Positions 59,689-64,000 of a DNA stretch of 64,000 nt are shown here, piece after piece (the stretch's first letter is position 1; each line of letters opens with the position of its first letter). Below the pieces are notes generated by a model that did not search any database, was not told the origin of the DNA, and was given only the letters and a program-made list of their open reading frames with translations. A program made the position numbers and the translations under genes. Origin of the DNA: an uncultured bacterium (GTDB lineage: Bacteria; Patescibacteriota; Kazan-3B-28); contig OY968788.1 of the NCBI GenBank assembly GCA_963695435.1, positions 413,456-477,455 of the forward strand, read 5' to 3'.

Positions 59689-60674
59689 TGGGGTTGTCCA
59701 ATTTTAGGATGTTCTTCTGTCGCCTGTAAATTCAACGAGTCACCGCGAATTTTGCTGACTGCTTGCTTAAAATCGTTGTAGGCGTTGCTGACCATCACAT
59801 TGCCTCGGGCGATTTTGTTATCCAAGATTTCATCCATTTGAGATAACGAATGACTCAATTCAACCAAAAACGCTTTCACTCTTTCTTCGTCCAAATGGAC
59901 GGCGTGCTTGCGATGAAGGTCAAGGAAGGTCAAAAGATACGGAATTGTCATACCGTAAGGAATAATAATGACGTGATGTTCGCGGTACGCCCGCATTACC
60001 GAATCTTTCAATAAATGATGCAGGGCATCAGGCACTGCCATAATCGCCCATTCGTAAGTAGCGGGCGGAGAAATGTATTGGCTCACTTCGCGAGCTTGGC
60101 GAAGAACCAGCAGTTCGATTTTTTGAATAATTCTCAATTTCGCCGCTTCGTCTTGCGATTGGTCCAATACAGTTAGTTCATCCACCGCTAAAATCTTGGA
60201 ATCGATGGGAACAATTCTGCCGTCCGGCAACTTCAGCCCAAATTCCACAACTTTGGAGCCAACTTTCACATTGTATGCCATGGCATCTGGAGGGAATATT
60301 TTCAGGATTTCGCGGATGATGTTCTCCCCCGCCATGCCCTTCGTCTTACTCCCGCGCATCACACTTTCGATATTTTTTGAGGCTTCCAGCAAATTTCTAA
60401 AATAAACTTGGTCGCGTTGTTCACGCTCTTCTGATGTTACTGCCAGATTTTTGAGATGGTCGGAGGTCAGACGCAGTTCGTCTTTTAGACCGCGCTCAAC
60501 TTCCTGACTGGCGCGCTGTTCGGTTTGTACCTTTTGAATTGACTGCGCAATGATTTCCATATTCCGCCCAAGACCTTCATCGGTCAGTGGTTTTGATTTT
60601 TGCCAAATCACCACCAGCGCGGTAATAAGCGCAAGTGCCAAAATCCCAATTACAACCGCTTCAACGATGCCCAT
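59685..60674 (-). CDS. rmuC: DNA recombination protein RmuC family.
   Basis: N-terminal TM, long coiled-coil, RmuC core (LKLPDGRIVPIDSK...). Confidence 0.7.
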   Translation of the reverse strand: MGIVEAVVIGILALALITALVVIWQKSKPLTDEGLGRNMEIIAQSIQKVQTEQRASQEVERGLKDELRLTSDHLKNLAVTSEEREQRDQVYFRNLLEASKNIESVMRGSKTKGMAGENIIREILKIFPPDAMAYNVKVGSKVVEFGLKLPDGRIVPIDSKILAVDELTVLDQSQDEAAKLRIIQKIELLVLRQAREVSQYISPPATYEWAIMAVPDALHHLLKDSVMRAYREHHVIIIPYGMTIPYLLTFLDLHRKHAVHLDEERVKAFLVELSHSLSQMDEILDNKIARGNVMVSNAYNDFKQAVSKIRGDSLNLQATEEHPKIGQPQ

Positions 60675-60697
60675 TCCCGGTAGAAGAATTTAGAACT

Positions 60698-60972
60698 TAT
60701 ATTACTTGGTTATTATACCGATAGTCTTTGAGTCTGCGATGGAGCAGTCTTCGGCCTTGGGTAGTTTTGAGATATCTCTCGCGTCTTCGAGCATCTGATT
60801 CGGTGAGACAAGCTTCGTAATAAATCAGTGCCCAAGGCCGATAAGGTTTAGTCGATTGATCGCGCCCCTGATTATGTTCTAGGAACCTCTTTTTAAGATT
60901 GTCCGTAAAGCCGACATATAGATTGCCGTGTTCAACACTTTCTAACACATAAGTATAGAACATAATCATTCT
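60698..60972 (-). CDS. GIY-YIG nuclease (YhbQ-like). Third copy in the window.
   Basis: FYTYVLESVEHGNLYVGFTDNLKKRFLEHNQG. ORF-track N-terminal extension overlaps the lgt 3' end and is probably not translated. Confidence 0.7.
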
Positions 60973-60980
60973 AAATTTCT

Positions 60981-61847
60981 CTACCGGGCATGTTTGTAGA
61001 GATAAATTAGTATAGTCACTCCTGCGACAATTATTCCCAAGCTCCCCCATTGTGCGACGGTTAGAACTCCCAGATGTTCACTATCGATACGGAAGTATTC
61101 CACGACAAACCGCCAGCTACTATATAGTATCAGATACCAAAGAGCGATGCTCCCCGCAGACAGATTGCGACGGGAACGCAGTAACCACCATAAAATACCA
61201 GCAATAATTAGGTTCCCGACCGCTTCATATAAAAAGGTAGGGTGAAAAAAGCTTGACGATAAAAGCTCTGGCGGACGAAATTGGGGCGCGACATACATTT
61301 TCCAAGGAAGATTGGTCGGACCACCGAATGCTTCGGAGTTGAAAAAGTTCCCGAATCGTCCAATCGCCTGACCAATTGGCAGGACAACAGCAATAAGGTC
61401 GGCTATTTTAAAAACATTTAGTTTGAAAAGTTTTGCACAGAGCCAAAGAGCCAGCGCTCCACCAATTAGTGCTCCGTGAATACTCATCCCGCCATGAGAC
61501 ACTCGCCAAATTTCGTTCAAGTTAGCAGAATAAAACGACCACTCCAAAATTACAAATAGAATTCTGGCGCCAATAAATCCGCCGAAAATTGTCCAGACCA
61601 ATGTGAAGAATAACGGATCAACGGAAAAATGAGTAAATCGGCGATTGAGCCAAAAAAACAGTGCCATACAAAGAAGTACGGCAATTGCCATCAGTAGACC
61701 ATACCAATAAAGCTCGATTCCGCCCAATTCCAGCCAGATGGGGCTGGGCACTAGCGCTCCTGCGAAATACGGCCTCAACCACCAGCCGATTATATAAATA
61801 AAAATCGCGCCTAGAGCCAATTTTATCCAAACACTTGCTCGTTGCAT
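60981..61847 (-). CDS. lgt: Prolipoprotein diacylglyceryl transferase.
   Basis: Seven TM helices. Lgt signature (HPTFLYEA), GGPTNLPWKMYV. Confidence 0.85.
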   Translation of the reverse strand: MQRASVWIKLALGAIFIYIIGWWLRPYFAGALVPSPIWLELGGIELYWYGLLMAIAVLLCMALFFWLNRRFTHFSVDPLFFTLVWTIFGGFIGARILFVILEWSFYSANLNEIWRVSHGGMSIHGALIGGALALWLCAKLFKLNVFKIADLIAVVLPIGQAIGRFGNFFNSEAFGGPTNLPWKMYVAPQFRPPELLSSSFFHPTFLYEAVGNLIIAGILWWLLRSRRNLSAGSIALWYLILYSSWRFVVEYFRIDSEHLGVLTVAQWGSLGIIVAGVTILIYLYKHAR

Positions 61848-61963
61848 ATTGTCTTTCTCCCGTCCCTATCCTATCATAAGGCGTCAGGGGGTGCGGTAAA
61901 AACGCAGTTGGCAAGTCACTTTCTCTATCGTTATAATGAGTTTGCTTTCAAGAGAAGTACTTT

Positions 61964-64000
61964 ATGGCTATCGCCACAAGAAAAGGACTAGAAACCCGAA
62001 TCGGCAAAGTTCTGTCACACCAAAAAGCGCGTGGTGGTTTTTCGACTTCTATTGCATACGAACCGGATGATGAGGTGGAGAGACAGCACGGCAGTCTGTA
62101 TTTTGTGATTGATATCGGAAGCCCTTCGCCGCTCACTGCCGACATCGCCTACAATATTATCGATATTATTAAGGAAGAGTATTACAGCGACTTGGAGCTA
62201 ACTCCCTCCGAAAGTTTTGAAAATGCGTTGAAGGCGGCAAATGACGAATTGTCCGCGATTGCCAAGCAAGGTGAAAAGGACTGGATCGGTAAGTTCAACG
62301 CGGTTATCGCGGCGGTTGCTGGCAAGAATGCTTATATCGTTCAGCGTGGTACGGCAGAAATGCATCTTCTTCGGAGCAACACCATCACCAACCTGACCAA
62401 AGGAATGTATACCCCCGGCGAAACTTATCGCCCGGAGGAAACTTTGGTAAATCTGATCGAAGGAGAGATTGAAGTCAGCGACAAGCTGGTGTTGTCCACC
62501 TCCGAGCTTTTCTATTATGTATCGATGGAGAAATTGAAGCGGCTAATCGAGGGGCACACCCCCGCCCAGGCTGCCAAAAAGTTGGCTGGGCTTCTTGAAC
62601 AGGAGGCCGAAGTCAACCACACTAGCGTATTGATTTCTGAATTTTCTCTGCCAGAACTTTTGGCGCAAGAAGAAGAAACCGAACCAACCGAAAACTGGAT
62701 AGGGACTCCTGCTGAACCGCCGGTTCGCAGAACTGGTTTGTTTGGCGGAACTCCGGCACCGATTATCGACAAAGAGCAGACTGTGGAAGAAGCGATGGAC
62801 CAAAAGGTAGAAGAAATCGAAGAAGAGCTGCGCAAAGTCGAGCAGGAACCGGCCACCGAAACTATCACCAGAGAAGAACTAGTGATTGATGAATCCAGCG
62901 AGGAGGCAGACACAGAAGAAACTTACAAACTGCGGATGCCGAAAATCAGTATCCCCCGCCCATCATTTGATAACTTCAAGGGTGGCATCAGCCGCGCGGG
63001 AGATTACGCCAAGGGAGTAAAGTTTGATTCAAAACAACTTGGCCGTGCCGGGAAGATCACTTGGCAACTACTTCGTGTAATCGGAGCCGTTGGCTTGGTA
63101 GTAATTGATTGGTTTGTAAAAGTCATTTCCCAAGGAGTCCGGACTATCAAGCGCCATCCGAAAGGAAATTATATTTTAGTAGGTATAGTGGCGGTGTTGG
63201 CGGTAGTGGTAATTGCCTCCACCATTGGTTTATCGAGCAGCCACTCAACCGTATTGAGTACCAAGAAGGCGACAGCAGCATTGAGTGATGCGCAACAAAA
63301 ACGAGATGCCGCGCAGGCGGCTTTGATTTATGAAGACACCGCGAAAGCCAGAACTTTATTGGCTGAAGCCTACGCTTCGGCTCAATCGGCTGCGACCAAC
63401 AAGCGAACTAAAGCGCAGGCAGATACTTTACTTGTCGATTTGCAAAAACAGCTCGATACCGTTAGTAATGTAAAACGGTTCAACGATATTCAGCCGTTGG
63501 GTGATTTCAACGTGCTGACTTCGCAAGTCGCTGGTAGCGATACCACCAAGCAGGTTAAGGTGGGGCAGACTACTATCTTGGCAGGTAATGTTTACGCCGT
63601 TGATCCTGACAACAATAAAGTTTATAAATTCAAATCTAGCAGCGGTGACGCGGCCATCGTAAATTCTCTGGTCAGTACCGACCGTAAGCTGAAGCTAATT
63701 ACAGCCTCAAGCGCCGAAGAGCTAATTTTATATACTACCCCGCCGAACATTTACAGTCTGAATTTGGTAAACAACAGCATGACTGGCAAGGCTTTGGATG
63801 CTGGCGCGTGGAATAACGCTGACTTCCTTATCTCCTACACCAACAAACTTTATATGTTGGATATTCCGAATAATCAGGTTTGGAAATATCAGACTATCCC
63901 AGAAGGCTACACCAAGGTTGCTCCGTATTTTGAAACTAACACTGGGCTGAATCTAACCGGAGCAATGGACTTCGCGATTGATGGCAGTATCTACATGCTC
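61964..64000 (+). CDS. Large membrane protein, partial (continues beyond the window): N-terminal cytoplasmic domain, acidic linker, one TM, extracytoplasmic coiled-coil and beta-rich domain.
   Basis: Uninterrupted reading frame from the ATG at 61964 to the window end (more than 675 codons). Absent from the ORF track because no stop lies within the window. TM segment YILVGIVAVLAVVVIASTI. Confidence 0.6.
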   Translation, partial: MAIATRKGLETRIGKVLSHQKARGGFSTSIAYEPDDEVERQHGSLYFVIDIGSPSPLTADIAYNIIDIIKEEYYSDLELTPSESFENALKAANDELSAIAKQGEKDWIGKFNAVIAAVAGKNAYIVQRGTAEMHLLRSNTITNLTKGMYTPGETYRPEETLVNLIEGEIEVSDKLVLSTSELFYYVSMEKLKRLIEGHTPAQAAKKLAGLLEQEAEVNHTSVLISEFSLPELLAQEEETEPTENWIGTPAEPPVRRTGLFGGTPAPIIDKEQTVEEAMDQKVEEIEEELRKVEQEPATETITREELVIDESSEEADTEETYKLRMPKISIPRPSFDNFKGGISRAGDYAKGVKFDSKQLGRAGKITWQLLRVIGAVGLVVIDWFVKVISQGVRTIKRHPKGNYILVGIVAVLAVVVIASTIGLSSSHSTVLSTKKATAALSDAQQKRDAAQAALIYEDTAKARTLLAEAYASAQSAATNKRTKAQADTLLVDLQKQLDTVSNVKRFNDIQPLGDFNVLTSQVAGSDTTKQVKVGQTTILAGNVYAVDPDNNKVYKFKSSSGDAAIVNSLVSTDRKLKLITASSAEELILYTTPPNIYSLNLVNNSMTGKALDAGAWNNADFLISYTNKLYMLDIPNNQVWKYQTIPEGYTKVAPYFETNTGLNLTGAMDFAIDGSIYML

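Overview
This 64-kb window looks like a compact, low-GC, Gram-positive-like genome of Candidate Phyla Radiation (Patescibacteria) type. Housekeeping genes recognised with good confidence are thrS, miaA, proS, argS, def, fmt, obg, rpmE, prfA, prmC, rnhA, rpmB, gmk, lspA, lgt, rmuC, yifB and an RluA-family pseudouridine synthase. Eight tRNAs can be read directly: Pro-TGG, Pro-GGG, Pro-CGG, Arg-CCT, Asp-GTC, Gly-CCC, Thr-CGT and Ala-CGC.

A 23S-5S rRNA unit lies on the minus strand (about 30.6-35.9 kb) and is not linked to a 16S gene. The 23S gene is interrupted by three group I introns, one of which encodes a LAGLIDADG endonuclease. It also carries a helix-25 insertion with a GIY-YIG nuclease gene nested inside a palindromic element.

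The most striking non-housekeeping content is a pair of inverted, paralogous cell-surface loci (274-5681 on the minus strand, 17034-25281 on the plus strand). Each encodes a small, strongly promoted, WxL-like surface protein, then GT-C membrane glycosyltransferases, then a DUF916-like protein with TM and LysM domains. The second locus adds a 1066-aa protein built from two near-identical 440-aa beta-propeller units with a WxL-like C-terminus. Between the two loci sits a GT2 polyprenyl-phosphate glycosyltransferase, a GtrA-family flippase and a SAM methyltransferase. Together with the five GT-C paralogs these complete a three-component extracytoplasmic glycosylation system. The arrangement resembles Firmicutes csc/WxL cell-surface-complex clusters fused to a YfhO/GtlAB-type glycosylation pathway. 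This is the candidate previously undescribed system in the window.

A separate operon (42.6-47.6 kb) encodes a cohesin-like anchored protein and two dockerin-bearing proteins.

The intergenic space carries several families of small palindromic or MITE-like repeats. Two of them have a copy whose central loop holds a YhbQ-type GIY-YIG nuclease gene.
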